In this document: positions 14,694 through 28,929 of the stretch, in pieces | Layout of the letters: every line of letters starts with the position of its first letter | How positions within the stretch are numbered: position 1 is the stretch's first letter | Source of the DNA: Malacoraja senta | Lineage: Eukaryota | Assembly: GCA_038087875.1 (NCBI GenBank) | Contig: CM075991.1 | Coordinates: 6,758,001-6,822,000 of the forward strand | DNA: 64,000 nucleotides | Direction of reading: 5' to 3' | The notes under the pieces: model-generated | What the model saw: the letters and a program-made list of their open reading frames with translations, nothing else | Database searches by the model: none | What the model was told of the DNA's origin: nothing | Position numbers and translations under genes: made by a program

Positions 14694-17600
14694 AAAGCTG
14701 CTTACAAATACGCTCAAGACATCGTAAAAGAAATAGAGGCTTAAGTAAAACATCACATCCTCAAGACAAGGTTTTTATTCTACAGACAACGGCTGAGGGA
14801 AGGTCGATAGAAATAACTTTTAAACTTTTTAAAAAAAGGATTAAGATGGCGCAGCTTCTCCATGTGCGGCTGTCTAGACTCTCTTATCTCCTCAAGGACA
14901 AATTCGGCTCCAACATGAGCGAAAGATGGAATAACAAGGGCGTGGCTGAATGAGCAACCTAATGAAGATGGATGGAAAAAAATTCCTGAATGAAAGACTG
15001 TTAAAATTTTATCCCTACACTAATTCCATACTAACTCAAAAACTACTGAACTAATATAGTAATAGTAATTAAAGTTATTGAAATTAACACACTAACAGTA
15101 ATAGTAATTGATTTAAAATTGAATTGCTTAATTGATAAAATGTAATAATTCATTATAAGGATTGACCCCCCCCCCCCCCCCCCCGGGTAGGGGAGGAGGG
15201 GGGCTAAATCTAAATATAAGTAAATAGATTTACAACAGACTAACAAATTAATTTAGAAATTATGATAAGCTGTAGTTCAAATTTTGTGTGGAAGGAGGTG
15301 AGGAGATTCAGAATCCTGGCAAATAGCCAGGTGCCTGAATCGGGTTAACCCCTTCCAACCAAAAGCAGATTAGTATGGAAGGGGAAGAATATGTAATAAT
15401 TGTTAACATAAGTAAATGGTAGATAAGTTTGGAGATTAGAGAAGATTTATTTAGATATAAAGATATGGTAAGGCAGACACATAAAATTTGGCTTTGAATG
15501 GGTCCCAACTCCCTTTTGTAAGATTATTCAAGGGGACGGAGCTAAATGTAGATTAACAACTACGGAAGTCATTAATTGTGTAACTACCACCATTAGGTGG
15601 ATAATTGGTCACAGTGTCGTCATTTTTAGACACTGTAACCTCACTTTTTTGATTTTTTTTAAATGTCACAATAATGTACACTTTTTTGTTTCTTTACTTA
15701 AGGACAATTTTGAGAGGGATGTAATAACTGAATTTAATATTGCAAATGCTCGCCCAACAGCCAGAGACCTAAGGTATTGCTTGCACCACATGTTTAAAAG
15801 GTATTAAATAATTCAAAATGCAAGACGATAAACAAAAGAAATTTGGAGGAATCACATTCTGCAGTTGGAATATTAGGGGTGCTAATGAACCAATTAAAAG
15901 GGGTAAGATTTTTGCACAATTGAAGTCACTCAATACGGACATAATATTCCTACAAGAAACTCACTTGAAACTGCAAGCTCAAGCCAGATTGAAGGCAAAC
16001 TGGATAGGCCAAACATACCAATCTTCATATATTTCCAAAGCTAGAGGCACAGCAATCATTATTCGAAAAGGTATACCATTTAAATCGAAGAATATCATGA
16101 CAGACAAGGAAGGGAGATACCTTATAGTTACCGGAGAGATTCATGCTACCCCAATTACGTTGGTAAATATTTATGCACCTAATTTTGATAATCCTCAATT
16201 TTTTAATAAAATTCTGAATATAATTACAGTTCAATTATCAAAATGTGATAACTGGGGGAGATTTTAACTGTGTTTTAGATCCATATTTGGATAAATCTTC
16301 ACAACAGAGTAGGGGCAACACAAAATCTAAAACCAGGGAAATCCTAAATACTTACATAAAAAATACAAATATAACAGATGTTTGGAGGATCGCTAACCCT
16401 GTCGGAAGGGAATACTCGTTTTATTCAATGGTACACAAAACTTATTCACGTATCGACTATTTCTTAGTGGATACAAAACTAATTCCCTATACAATGAACC
16501 CAAAATATCACAATAGTATAATTTCTGATCACTCCCCGTTAACCTTTTTTTTTTAAATTAGAAGGAATGCCTTCTAATAAATCGTTTTGGAGGTTTAATC
16601 CTCAAATCTTAAACGACCCACAAGGGGAAATATATTTAAAACAACAGATTGCACTTTTTTTAAAGAATAATGACTCCCCAGATACCTCACCAGTTCTACT
16701 ATGGGAATCATTCAAAGCAGTTATTAGAGGATCTATAATCTCATACCAAGCTTTTTTAAATAAAAGGAATAAGAAAGAACAAAGGCAGTTAGAAGAACGA
16801 ATTAGAGAATTGGAATTAGATAATGCTAAAGAGCCTACTATAGACAAACATAATAAAATAACAATAATGAAATTTAAATTAAACAAAATATTATCAGCAA
16901 ATGTTATTAGATTATTTCAAATCACAAAACAGGAAAATTTTGAATTTGGGGATAAACCACACAAGCTTCTGGCTCGACAACTGAAAAAACGGGAAAAGGA
17001 CCACACGATTTTAAAGATTAAATCAGATAAAGGGGAATTGTTAACACTACCTAAGGATATTAATAAAAGATTCGCTCAATTTTATCAAAATTTATATACA
17101 TCTAATGCGGTAGCAGATAGTACCAAAGTTAGAGAGTTCCTGGACAATTGTAATCTCCCAAAACTCAATGTGAGTGAACAAGAGGAATTAGGTGCACAAG
17201 TCTCAACTAAGGAAATAGAAGAAACAATAAATACATTAAAGAATGGAAAAACTCCAGGACCAGATGGTTTTAGTAATGAATTTTATAAAAGATTTTATGA
17301 GATAATTACACCACGACTACATAAAATGTATACATATGCTTTTAAAGAACATACACTTCCAGAAACATTGGCAGAGTCAACGATTACACTTATACCTAAA
17401 AAAGGTAAAGATTTAGAAGATCCGGGTTCTTATAGAGCTATTGCGCTGCTAAATACAGATCAAGAAATATTAGCGAAAACATTAGCTAGAAGGCTAAGTA
17501 ACTATGTTAGTAAATTACTAAATCCGGATCAAACAGGGTTTATACCCAAGAGATACTCAAGCAATAACCTGAGACGTCTGTTTAATATAATGCACTCACA

Positions 17601-19676
17601 TAAAACCGAAGAGCAAGACTTATCAATTATTTCACTGGACGCAGAAAAAGCATTTGATCAAGTGGAATGGGATTATATGGTTAAAGTATTGCAAAAATTT
17701 CAAGTGGGAGAGAATTTTATCACTTGGGTAAAATTATTATATGATAGGCCTACGGCCAGAATATTAACTAATAATATGTTCTCCTCGAAATTTCAGTTAT
17801 CAAGGGGAAATAGACAGGGGTGTTCATTATCACCTCTGCTATTTGCTCTTGTAAAAGAACCGTTAGCGGAAAGTATTAGGATACATCCGAATATTCATGG
17901 GTATAATACAAAATATTCAAATAATAAGATATCTTTATATGCAGATGATGTACTATTATATATTACAAAATCACAAACTAGTATACCAAATATATTAAAT
18001 TTAATTGAGGAATTTGGATCCTTTTCAGGATATAGAATAAATTGGAATAAAAGTGAAATTATGACGATTAAACCTCAAGAATCGACACACTTGTTAAAAT
18101 TTCCTTTTAAAATCGCTTCAGAAAAATTTAAATATTTGGGAATTGAAATTACTAGAAAATACAATGCATTTATTTAATGCAAACTATATGCCACAAATGT
18201 CAAAAATATGATTCACCTGTTGGACAATTCGGCCCAGCAGGTGGATTGGATAGTAATGGAGAGAGAGGACTGTTCCCCTTTTAACATAGGAGCGATCCTT
18301 CTCTCACCAACAAAAATGAAGAATACAATATATAGTAAAAATCCAATTATTCATAGTACAATTAGAATTTGGAAACAAATAAAATTAACGTTAAAATTAA
18401 GAAATCTATCACTTCTTTCACCTATAATGAATAACCCTTCGTTTAAACCTTCTATGATAGATAGAGCTTTTATAAATTGGAAAAGAGTAGGAATTAAAAC
18501 GTTTGGAGATATGTATGATAATGGAAGTTTTTAAACATTTCACCAATTACAACTTAAATATAACTTGAATAGTAATCAATATTTCAAATATTTTCAACTA
18601 CGTGACTATTTGAAAAAGTATACACGAGAATATCAAAATATGTCTCCTGACCTATTAGACGGGATAATGAATATAAAAGCGGAATCAGCTAATTTAATAT
18701 CATACCTATATAATTCCATTTTAAATATAGAAATTCCATCATCGGACGGGATTAGAAGAGAATGGGAACAGGAACTAGCTATAAAAATCTCGAAAGAGAG
18801 TTGGGATAAACATCTATTATATGTGCATAAATGTTCGATTAACGTAAGACATACTCTGATTCAATTTAAAATTTTACATAGATTATATTATTCAAAAGCT
18901 AAATTAAGTAAATTTTTACCCAAATACCTCTGCTAACTGTGATAAATGCCTAGTCCAAGAATCAACTATAGCACATTCTTTTGTTTTCTGTATAAAAATT
19001 CAAAAATGTTGGAATTAAATTTTTGAAATTTTCACTAAATTATTTAAAATAAAACTGAAACTGAATGCAGAATTGATTATTTTTGGAACAATTGAAGCAA
19101 GTTTGGAGCTGACTGCGTTTCAAAGGAGTTTTCTTAGTTATGGCTTAATAACAGCAAAAAAACTGATATTGAAATTTTGGACAAATGCTCCTACGCCAAC
19201 AATAAAAATGTGGATTTCTAATATGTCGGAATTGTTACATCTAGAAGATATGAGATTCCTCCTAGCAGGTAAACAAGACCAATTCCAAAAGATTTGGTCT
19301 CCATATATCGACTTATTACAAACATAGGGTGCAACAAAATGTCGATAATAAATGGTTTTAGGACCTGGCGAGGGGTGAGTAAAGATAAGAAGTAGGTGCA
19401 TCCCTTTCATATTGTCCTATCTTATTTTCTTTTTTCTCTTTTTTTCTTTTCTTCTTTAACTACTTCTTGTGGTTTAGGTTCACATGTGTGTTCCTGGACC
19501 ACTTTTTCATTCACTCACTGACTGTCTTTGCTAGCTCTTTCTATCCTTTCTTTCTATTAAAGTAGAAAAACAGAAGTGGTACAAGAACTGTATAAATTTA
19601 CGTTATTGCAGATTACTGTAATGTAAAATACTTCTAATAAAAAATAAAAAATATATATATATTTTTTTAAAATAAA
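14694..19676 (+). mobile_element. L1-clade LINE, 5'-truncated, ORF2 frameshifted (antisense in AAK1 intron 1)
   Basis: APE endonuclease motifs (SWNIRG, FLQETH, GGDFN, SRIDY, SDH) at 15818-16556. RT motifs (PGPDGF, LDAEKAFD, RQGCxLSPLLF, YADD) at 16567-18177. C-terminal fragments to 19327, then an A-rich tail. TSD AAAATACTGGAG at 14682-14693 and 19677-19688. Confidence 0.93.
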
Positions 19677-20739
19677 AAAATACTGGAGGAACTCAGCAGG
19701 TCTGGCAGAATCTGTAAAGGGAGTGAGTGGGCAGGCAACGTTTCCATTTGGGACCCTTCTTCAGACTATGTCAAAACATCACTTGCCCATTGTCTGTGTT
19801 CCTCCAGCACACAGTGTTTTGCTCAAGATTCCAGCATCTGCAGTTTCTTGTGTCTGCCTCACATCAAACTGTGCACCAGCAAGACAAATATAAGTGTTAA
19901 TACCTTTTCCTTCTCCATTCAGACTCACAGCCCTATCCTCAACAACCTGTGTCATGCATTTTCCTGCAACTACTACTGTTCCTTGATTTCTGTTAGCAAT
20001 GCTGCAATGCAGGGCGGCAGAGCCACTTTGTTCGATGGTGCATTTCGTGATGACATAAAATAAATGGGGAAGGTCAAGCAATGTTTGCCAACAGGCTGAA
20101 GCAAAAATTCAACACCCTGTGCGGAAGACTGCAGACAGAGAGCTTAATTACTCATTTGACTAGACTCAGTTCAGAAATAAGAGACCAGTGTATCAGGTGA
20201 CATCTGTTGCATGGATTCAATTGAGAGCTGCAGAAAATGTTGTGCCAGGAAAAATTTTGAATTCAAAATAAAAATAAAAGACTGTTGCAAAAATTTATAA
20301 TGTTGAATTTGAGACTTTAACTGTTTTTCTCCCCGAAAATAGTGCCTGACCTGCCGAGCATTTCCGGTTTATATTTTAAAATTCAAACATGCATGGTGGC
20401 GCAGCGCCAGAGACCCAGGTTCGATCCTGATTATGGGTGCGGTCTGTATGGAGTTTGTACGTTCTGCCCGTGACCGCATGGGTTTTCTCCAGGTGCTCTG
20501 GTTTCCTCCCACACTCCAAAAGATGGACAGGTTTGTAGGTTAATTGGATTCGGTAAAGATTGTAAACTGTCCCTTGTGTGCAAGATAGTGCCAGTGCACA
20601 GGGATCACTGGTCGGTGCGGAAGGGCCTGTTTCCGTTCTGTATCTCCAAACTAAACTAAACATCTGTAGGTATTTGCTTTTTAATCACATCAATTTCGAA
20701 TCCCACCTCGATCAGCCATCAAATGAGATCACATGGTGG

Positions 20740-21020
20740 ACAAAAATGCTGGAGAAACTCAGTGGGGGCAGCAGCATCTATGGAGCGAAGGAAATAGGCA
20801 ACGTTTCGGGCCGAAACCCTTCTTCAGACTGATGTAGGGTGGTGGGGGGATGGGGAGAAGAAAGGAAAAAGGAAGAGGAGGAGCCCAAGGGCTGAGGGAG
20901 AGCTGAGAAGGGGAGGAGACAGCAAAGGCTACCAGAAATTGGTGAATTCAATGTTTATGCCACTAGGGTGCAGACTGCCCAAGCGGACGGAATATGAGGT
21001 GTTGCTCCTCCAATTTCCAA
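20740..21020 (-). mobile_element. Penelope-like element 3' end (endonuclease C-terminus plus hammerhead-bearing terminal repeat)
   Basis: Minus strand encodes frameshifted KLEEQHLIFRLGSLHPSGINIEF, followed by CTGAAGAAGGGTTTCGGCCCGAAACGTT. Confidence 0.75.
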
Positions 21021-21589
21021 TGGGTGTTTGACTGTACTTAGGAACACGTGATAATAATAAACTAAATCACTCACTCTAATGCATCAACTCTTGCAGAACT
21101 GAAACTTCCGTACTTCCATTCCCAAAGAAGGAAACATTTTACACATCATTTTCATTGAACACACACTAATTACAGCAGTATGCCAAAAAAACACTTTGTT
21201 GGATTTCTTCCAAGTAATGTTAGATCCCACTGATTATCAATAGCAAATCACCAGGTTCAAATAGTTAGTATTGTATTGCAGCAAGCTCGGGTCATTGGGC
21301 AACTTCTTTAAAGAAAAACTATTTTGAAAATGAGCAACTTAAATTCACAATCACCCGGCAACAACATACTGTAAATCGCGAATGAATTTCTTTCAAAAAC
21401 AATCAAGTCTTTGCAAAGCCAATTTGGTCAGCACACTCAATTGGGACAACCTACAAGCATCCCGTGTGGAAGAGAACAATAATTTTCTTTTCCATTCATT
21501 TTTTAAAGTTTAGTTTATTGTCAGGTATACCAAGGTAGAATGGAAAGCTATTATGTTGTGCGCTATCCAGTCAGCGGGAAGACTATACA

Positions 21590-21779
21590 CACTGCCCTCC
21601 ATAATGTTTGGGACAAAGACCCATCATTTATTTATTTGCCTCTGTACTCCACAATTTGAGATTTGTAATAGAGAAAAAATCACACGTGGTTAAAGTGGAC
21701 ATTGTCAGATTTTAATAAAGGCCATTTTTATACATTTTGGTTTCACCATGTAGAAATTACAGCTGTGTTTATACATAGT
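21590..21779. mobile_element. Tc1-like transposon terminal fragment
   Basis: Begins CACTGCCCTCCATAATGTTTGGGACA, resembling vertebrate Tc1 IR ends; no partner end found. Confidence 0.55.
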
Positions 21780-22939
21780 AGGTAAAGGGGCTGGGGAAGA
21801 GGAATGTGTAAGAAAGAACTGCAGATGCTGGAAAAATCGAAGGTAGACAAAAATGCTGGAGAAACTCAGCGGGTGAGGCAGCATCTATGCAGCGAAGGAA
21901 TAGGTGACATTTTTGGTCGAGACCCTTCTTCAGACTTCTGCTCGAGTAACTCAGTGGGTCAATTTTCTCCAGAGATGCTGTCTGACTCGCTGAGTTACTG
22001 CAGCATTTTTTGTCTATCATCAGTTTAAACCAGCTTCTGCAGTTTCTTCCTACATATCTGCAGTTCCATTCTACACATTAGTGTTGGGCACTCAGGTCAG
22101 GATTGTTACTTTGAAACTTTGAGACATGGTATAATTAAAACGGGACTATATAAATAAGTCTCTTTCATTACTGCATGGGCATAAAGTAATTGCTTTTAAT
22201 TATTGGTAATCCCTGGAACAGAACAAACACAACTACAGTTTGACATAAATCATAAACTTAGTGCATGGGCAAGAAAGACACAAAGTGCTCGAGTAACTCA
22301 GCAGGTCAGGCAGCATTTCTGGAGAAAAATGGATGGGTGACATTTCGAAACGTCACCCATCCTTTTTCTCCAGACCAGTTACACCAGCACTTTGTGTCTA
22401 CGTTCGGTATTCGGTATAAGCTAGCATCAGCATCCCATCTTTCGCCTGCATATACTACCTACTATCTTATGTCAACAAAGCTAAGACATAGGTATGATTA
22501 AAATAACTGAATTTGAATGAAGGCATTCCAATCAATGAATAAATCAAGGTTTCAAGGTCATTTTATTGTCACATGTACCAAATAAGGTACAGTGAAATTC
22601 AAATAAATCAAGCTGCTTGTTACTTTGCAGTCACAATGAAATAGAAGAGATTAAATTGCTCTAAATTGGTCTCATTGCAAGACATTTGATGGAACATTAA
22701 ATGGAACATTTTATTTCTTTGTTACATCCAAAAATTCTAACCTTTCAATATTTTAAATTCCCGAATGTCTACTCCAACCCCATCACTCCTGGATGTTAGT
22801 CTCTGCCTCGTATGGAATATCATCTTACAAGGGTACATCCCATGAATCGGAGAGAGTAAAGAAACATCACTGTTCACAAGTAGTATAGATTTATTCCAGC
22901 CAGCTAAAGCAGGGCCACTGGTTCACAGTATGAGGTTAA

Positions 22940-23109
22940 TGCCCCTGTCCCACTGTACGAGGTAATTCAAGAGTTCTCCCGAGTTTTCCCCTGACTCAGA
23001 GAATGTCCGTAGCAGGCCCGTAGGAGTTCGTGGATGTCTCGTAGCGGCTCGTACGAGTAAAAAGCAACCATTTTTTTCTTGAATTACTTCGTACAGTGGG
23101 ACAGGGGCT
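22940..23109. mobile_element. Harbinger-like MITE
   Basis: TIR GCCCCTGTCCCACTGTACGA.GTAATTCAAGA; TAA on both sides. Confidence 0.8.
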
Positions 23110-25779
23110 TAACTTTTATTTATGATTACATGGAATTATAACATTTTTGCATGACTTTTCTGTGCCCCTCTCCATTACAAGATAAAACGGAATGGCAACA
23201 TCTCTTGGCTTTACATTAACCAAATATCAAGTCCCACATAGAGGGTACTGCATTTTATTCAGTATTTTGGAAAAGAAAATCTGCACTTTTTGCAAATAAA
23301 ACGTCAATAGGTTCTGTTAGCATTCTGTTCCTTACTACCGCATTTGCTGGACCACCCAAGCAAGTTAAAGCAAACATCTCACGTAACCTATTTTTGAGGC
23401 CAGGTAGCGGGGCTGGAAACTGGATGTATCCTGAGCTAATTCTGCTACCACCATCATCTATTGTGCCAAGTGATGGTTTCCACTGATTGTCGCCGGAAGC
23501 TTGCGTCCTTTTCAGGACAGACGATGACAGCGAGGTCAACATTTGTAACAAGATGGACACGAAAAGAAGAAGAAGACCCATTTTTGAGAGTCCAATTTAA
23601 GTTCGATGACCATACAAACTTACAGCAGCGATCAATGCTATTAGAATAAATTAGCAGGTATATTTTATTGATGTTAGTTAATTGTATCACCAATTTTGCG
23701 TTATCTTTTCCTCTCCCCAAGGAACAGTATGTATGTTGAATACCTTAGGTAAAACCTTGTACAGTTTACAACTGGAAATCGGGCATTGCCATTGGGTTCC
23801 GGTCAAATTCAGGGCGTTTCCTGGTTTGGATGTACAACTGGAAATACCGCATTGTTTGCCAGGAAACACCTAAAGGATCAGTAGTGCAATGTAACACAAA
23901 CTGAACAAAATAACTTAGCCAAACAATACTGTTAAATTTAGAATCTTGATATGCTACTCGTTCAAGTACGATATATATCATAATCTCCATTGTATGATTT
24001 ACATTGATTAACTGGAGTATTAGGAAAAGAGTGCCCTTGATCCATCATACTAATATGCAAAGCATAATATAAATCCCATCCCTTCCTATGTACAGTAGCT
24101 TAATCTGTTAGGTTACTCCATTCTATTTATTGCCCCACTCCTCCATTATCTCCAGTAACTATTAATAATACTCTTTCCTCATCCTCCTGTTTCCCAATAT
24201 TCCGCTGGAATGACGAACCATCTTATCAACTAAGAAATGCAGTAAAACAAGAGCAAGAGTTAAGTTAACCTCATAAATTTCAGAAGTCATTGAAATGTTC
24301 ACCACTTTATTGAAAATGGCAATGAAGTATTTGTCAAAAATTGTCATTTGATGTCTTGAAGAAAGGAAAGAAGGAAAACATCAACAAAGGTGGTGGAATT
24401 GGAATAGCAAGCTTGATGTAAAAAGATAAGACAAACAAATTAATTGCAAATCCCTTCTATATTATTTAGCACCAGTGAAAAACAGACTGCTGGTCCAGAT
24501 AGGTTATGCATGACTCAATATTTCTGTTCTGTTAAAATAAGTTACAAGTCTCTGTAGCACAGTTTTTGTTTGAAAGTCAGTGACAAACCCTTATTGGCAC
24601 TGTTCAGATCCAAAAGGTCATATGAAGTGTTAATTTCCTTTCAAAATTGGGCAATTGATTAGAAGTGAAGTCCAGTACAGGTAGTTTTGCTATAACGTGA
24701 TAGTTGCTAAGAGACCTTGTACTTTGGAAGATTGTAATTGTGTCGGTGGGGGGAAAGGGACTTAGAGGCTAGAGAGATTCAGACTCGCAATAACAAAGTT
24801 ATTCTTTCCTTACAAGATGTTCAAAAGTAAAGGTATTTTTAAGCTAAAAAGATTATTTTCGACTACAAGCTAAAAATACTAAAAGCTGCATGTTACATTG
24901 TTTAATAGAGTATTTTTGTACGTTTATAGAGGCGTTTGCTTACAGCCACACACAATTAAAGTAGCAACTGCTTACTTAAGAGACAATGGTTTCTAATTAC
25001 TGCAGGGAGGTTTTATGAAAACAGGTTTTCTTTCTGTATATTGCTTAAACCCAAGACAGGTTTTTTTTTCTGCTTGTCAATTTTCTAAGTAACTTTTAAG
25101 TGGTTCTCTAATTCGAAAATCAAAATTATTATGGGATATATGGGAACTTGGGTTAGATCAGAGCTAATTTAAAAAAAACTACTTTCTTGATATTACATCC
25201 TAAAACACTTTACTGCCAATAAAATACTTATTGAAATAAAAAAAATTATATTGTAGGAAATGTGTCAGCTAATCTCCCACAATCTCCCAAATGTGTAGAA
25301 AACTCCCACAAACATCAGCAAGATAGTGATCTAACAATCTGATTTCAGTAAAAGACACAAAGTGTTCCAGTAACTCAGTGGGTCAGGCTGAATCTCTGGA
25401 CAACATGAATCTTTTTGTGTCTTTTCATCTCTGATCTTTGTCCAACCATAATGGTGAGGGGGTTTTGCCTATCAAAACCCCCTCACCCTTATCCACCTTT
25501 TACTTGCCAGGATTTGTCCTACTCCCACTTCTCTTCCAGTTTTCTCTCCCCCACCCCACACCACAATTAGTCAAAGAAGGATTGCAAACTGAAACGCCAC
25601 CTTCAGAGATGCTGCCTGACCCGCTGAGTTACTTCCAGAGATGCTTCCTGACCCGCTGAGTTACTCCTGAACTTTGTGACTTTTTTTTCTCAACCAGCAT
25701 CTGCAGTACCCCGTGTCTCAATCTGTTAATAGTGCTGTTGGCTGAAGAATAATGACAGTCACATCACCAAGACATAACT

Positions 25780-26050
25780 CTATACGAGGTCGTTGAGGTC
25801 ACAACTTTTAAGAGACATTTAGACAGGTACTTGGATAGAATAGGTTTAGAGGGAAAGACAATAAACAATAGGTGCAGGAGTGGGCCATTCAGCCCTTCGA
25901 ACCAACACCGCCATTCAATGTGATCATGGCTGATCTTCCACATCTGGGCTAAACGCGTGCAGGTGGGACTAGTGTAGATGGGGTATGTTAGTCGATGTGG
26001 GTAAGTTGGGCCAAAGGGCCTGTTTCCACACTGTATGACTCGATGACTCT
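25780..26050 (+). mobile_element. Short CR1 3' tail fragments (similar at ~29640-29875 and ~30680-31100)
   Basis: TTTAAGAGACATTTAGACAGGTAC...GGGCCTGTTTCCACACTGTATGACTC CR1-type tail. Confidence 0.7.
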
Positions 26051-26971
26051 AATTGAGAATTTTGTCATACCAGGCTTTGTTCCATCTATGCGAGTAGCAA
26101 GAATCAGAATGCTGACAAGTCCTATTCACATTTTAATCGCTGAGACAGCAGTTTTTCTTTCCAAAAGGGTAAAATGCAGCACTCTTTATTGACATACTTA
26201 GCTGTATAATAACAGCGAAGCTTGGGATTTGGCCTATGTAAAGCAGTGGCTCAAATGAGGCCGATGTCTTGCCTTTCAGTGTTTTTATTGTGTGGTGGAG
26301 AGTGAAGTTACAGAACAACTATCCTAAAACGCTGAATCAGTCTGAAACAGCACCCATCTATGTTCTCCCGGTGCTGCCCGAACCCCGAGTTACTCCAGCA
26401 CTTTGTGTCTTTAATTTGTAAACAGTATCTACAGTTCCTTGATTCTATACCCTAAAATGTTAGTATTTCAGGTAAGAAAATAACAGATGTGTTTAAGAAG
26501 GAACTGCAGATGCTGGAAAATCGAAGGTAGACAAAAGTGCTGGAGAAACTATGGAGCGAAGGAAATAGGCAACGTTTTGGGCCGAAACCCTTCTTCAGAC
26601 TGAAGAAAATAACAGAAGTGAACACCTGTAACGGCTCTTGACTGGATGGTACAAAGTCTGGTATGACTTAATATTCAATTGTGATTATCTATTCCTTCAT
26701 AGCTATGTAGTTGCAGATAAATTCCAAGCAAGTTTTAAAGCAAATTAATGAACCATATTTCATGTCACATCTACCATGTTTCACTTATGTAGCACCTTTC
26801 AAAGCTTCACGACTCCCAACATGCCTTGGTGAAAATTACAACATTGTTAAGCCCTTTATATTGATGCTAACTGAAAGAAAAGACTGATTTGTCAACTTGT
26901 AGACAGCAGTGAGATGAATTAAACTGAAACTGTTTCTGATTCCCTGCCTCTCCTCAAATAGTATAACCTCA

Positions 26972-27599
26972 AGGGCCTGTCCCACTGCGGGGACCTAATT
27001 TGCGAGTTTAGAAGAGTTTAGGAGAGTTTTAAAAAGTGTCATGGTCTTGTTGTATCGCTGAAGTAGAACACCTCCTACGACCTCCTTCGACTATGCAGAG
27101 AACATCCTACAAATATGTAGAAGACCTCCTTCGACTATGTAGAAGACCTCCTTCAATCTCCTTCGACTATGTTGAAGACTAGCTTCGACTAGCTTTGGGA
27201 AAATTGGACACCGAATAGTGGGGAGTGAAGACGACCTCCTTCGACTATCTTCGACTATACTAACTCTATCTACAACTACCTTCGATTACCTTCGACTACC
27301 TTCGATTACCTACGATTGCCTTCGATTACCTACGATTAACATGCCGACCTACTACGACCTACTTCGACTAAACCTATGAGTAAAAAAAATATCTATTTTT
27401 TTCCATGACGACCAATTTTCAGCATGCTAAAAAAAACGCCTCGACCTAGCTGAGGCCTCGAGTATGCGGGAACTTCTCTCGAGCATGAAGGAGAGTTTCA
27501 TAGACCTCCTAGGACCACGTGTCGACCATGCTGCGAGTTTGAGTCGAGCGCAAACACTTCTAAACTCGCAAATTAGGTCCCCACAGTGGGACAGGCCCT
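26972..27599. mobile_element. Non-autonomous PIF/Harbinger-like DNA transposon with internal (CTTCGACTA/C)n repeats
   Basis: ~45-bp TIRs AGGGCCTGTCCCACTG.GGGGACCTAATTTGCGAGTTTAGAAG; flanks TCA / TAA. Confidence 0.8.
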
Positions 27600-28929
27600 T
27601 AAAGGATTGAGTACAGAGCTGGTTTTGTTTTTTTGAATGGGACACGTGTTCTTGCAGTGCTTAAGCCAAGATTAAGTGCCGAAGGCATAAACTCAGTCTG
27701 TAGGCTAGAGAAGGTAGCACAACTCCCCCATAATGCCAACAAGGAAGTCTAGCACACTTAAATACCATCCGTATGGTTGTGAGACTCTTTACCATTGGGT
27801 CTTGCTATGTTTTCTAAAAAATGTGCTGCCTCTGAATAAGACTGATACTGACACATGCTTAGCAAACAGTCCTTGGAATGTGTTCCAGTCATTTGCTCTG
27901 AAGGCTTGAACCTTGGTCACAGAGTCATAGAGTTATACAGCTTGGAACCAGACCCATTGACCCAACTTGCCCACGCCGACCAACATGTCCCATCTACACT
28001 AGTCCCAACTGCCTGCACTTGGCCCATATCTTGAACCTTGGTTTTCAACTGCTCCAAGAGAAGGTTTAGATCTCAGACTTTGAGCACTCACAGCTTTCAT
28101 CCTTCATGATATTTATCTTGACTTTTCAACTGATATCCAAATGACAATCTTTTAAGGCTTTCAATGTTCTTTCATAACGTTATTTTCTCCTGTGCAAATA
28201 TGCGACTGATTTTGATCACATACAATCTAATTCCTCTCCATTCTCGTCAAAATCATAAACTGCTAGAGGAGTTTAGATTAAAAGCACTGATCAATCTCAT
28301 GATTTAATAAAAGATTGAATGTCAGAACAATCTTGAAGAGTTCTTCAGAAATCAAATCCACTCGCATGCATCCAAACCTATTAAGTAAATGGAGACCCAG
28401 GACCAAATTCACTAACCAGACAAGGGTTACTGGCCGATCTATTGTAAGCTGTAAACTTGATGCCAGAAAACCAATGTAAACTATCTGGTAGAGACTGACT
28501 CTTTCAATGACACTGTCATCCAAAAGATAACTGCGTGAAATAAAAATCCTGTCTTTTTATTGAAGCGATAAACATTATAGTTCACGTTCAATACTCACAA
28601 TCACTTCTACATTCAAAATGGCTCTGAGAAAAATACTCCACAATCAATGATGAGAAATCAATAACTGCACCTACAATTCCAAAAATTATGGTCTGCTTTT
28701 GACTTCAATTAGAAACATGGACTGCATTTTCTGGAAAAGAATTGTAGGTTCTGATAAATTGTTGCTGCAGGGATATTCCTACCTATTCACCACCTCTAAA
28801 ACACAAGACTGATCACCCCGATGGGCAACTTGCTCTTGGAAACAGGGCCTCACTTTCTGCTCCAGCCGTCACACAAAAGCATGAGCTTCAGCTAATCTGT
28901 TCACTGATCAATCATATATCACAGAATAT

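Noticed and set aside
15818-19327. L1 ORF2 as an active or domesticated gene
   Set aside because: Several frameshifts and an apparent internal deletion near 18190; inactive copy.
27060-27380. CRISPR-like or coding interpretation of the short repeats
   Set aside because: Eukaryotic context, no unique spacers, and enclosed by transposon TIRs.
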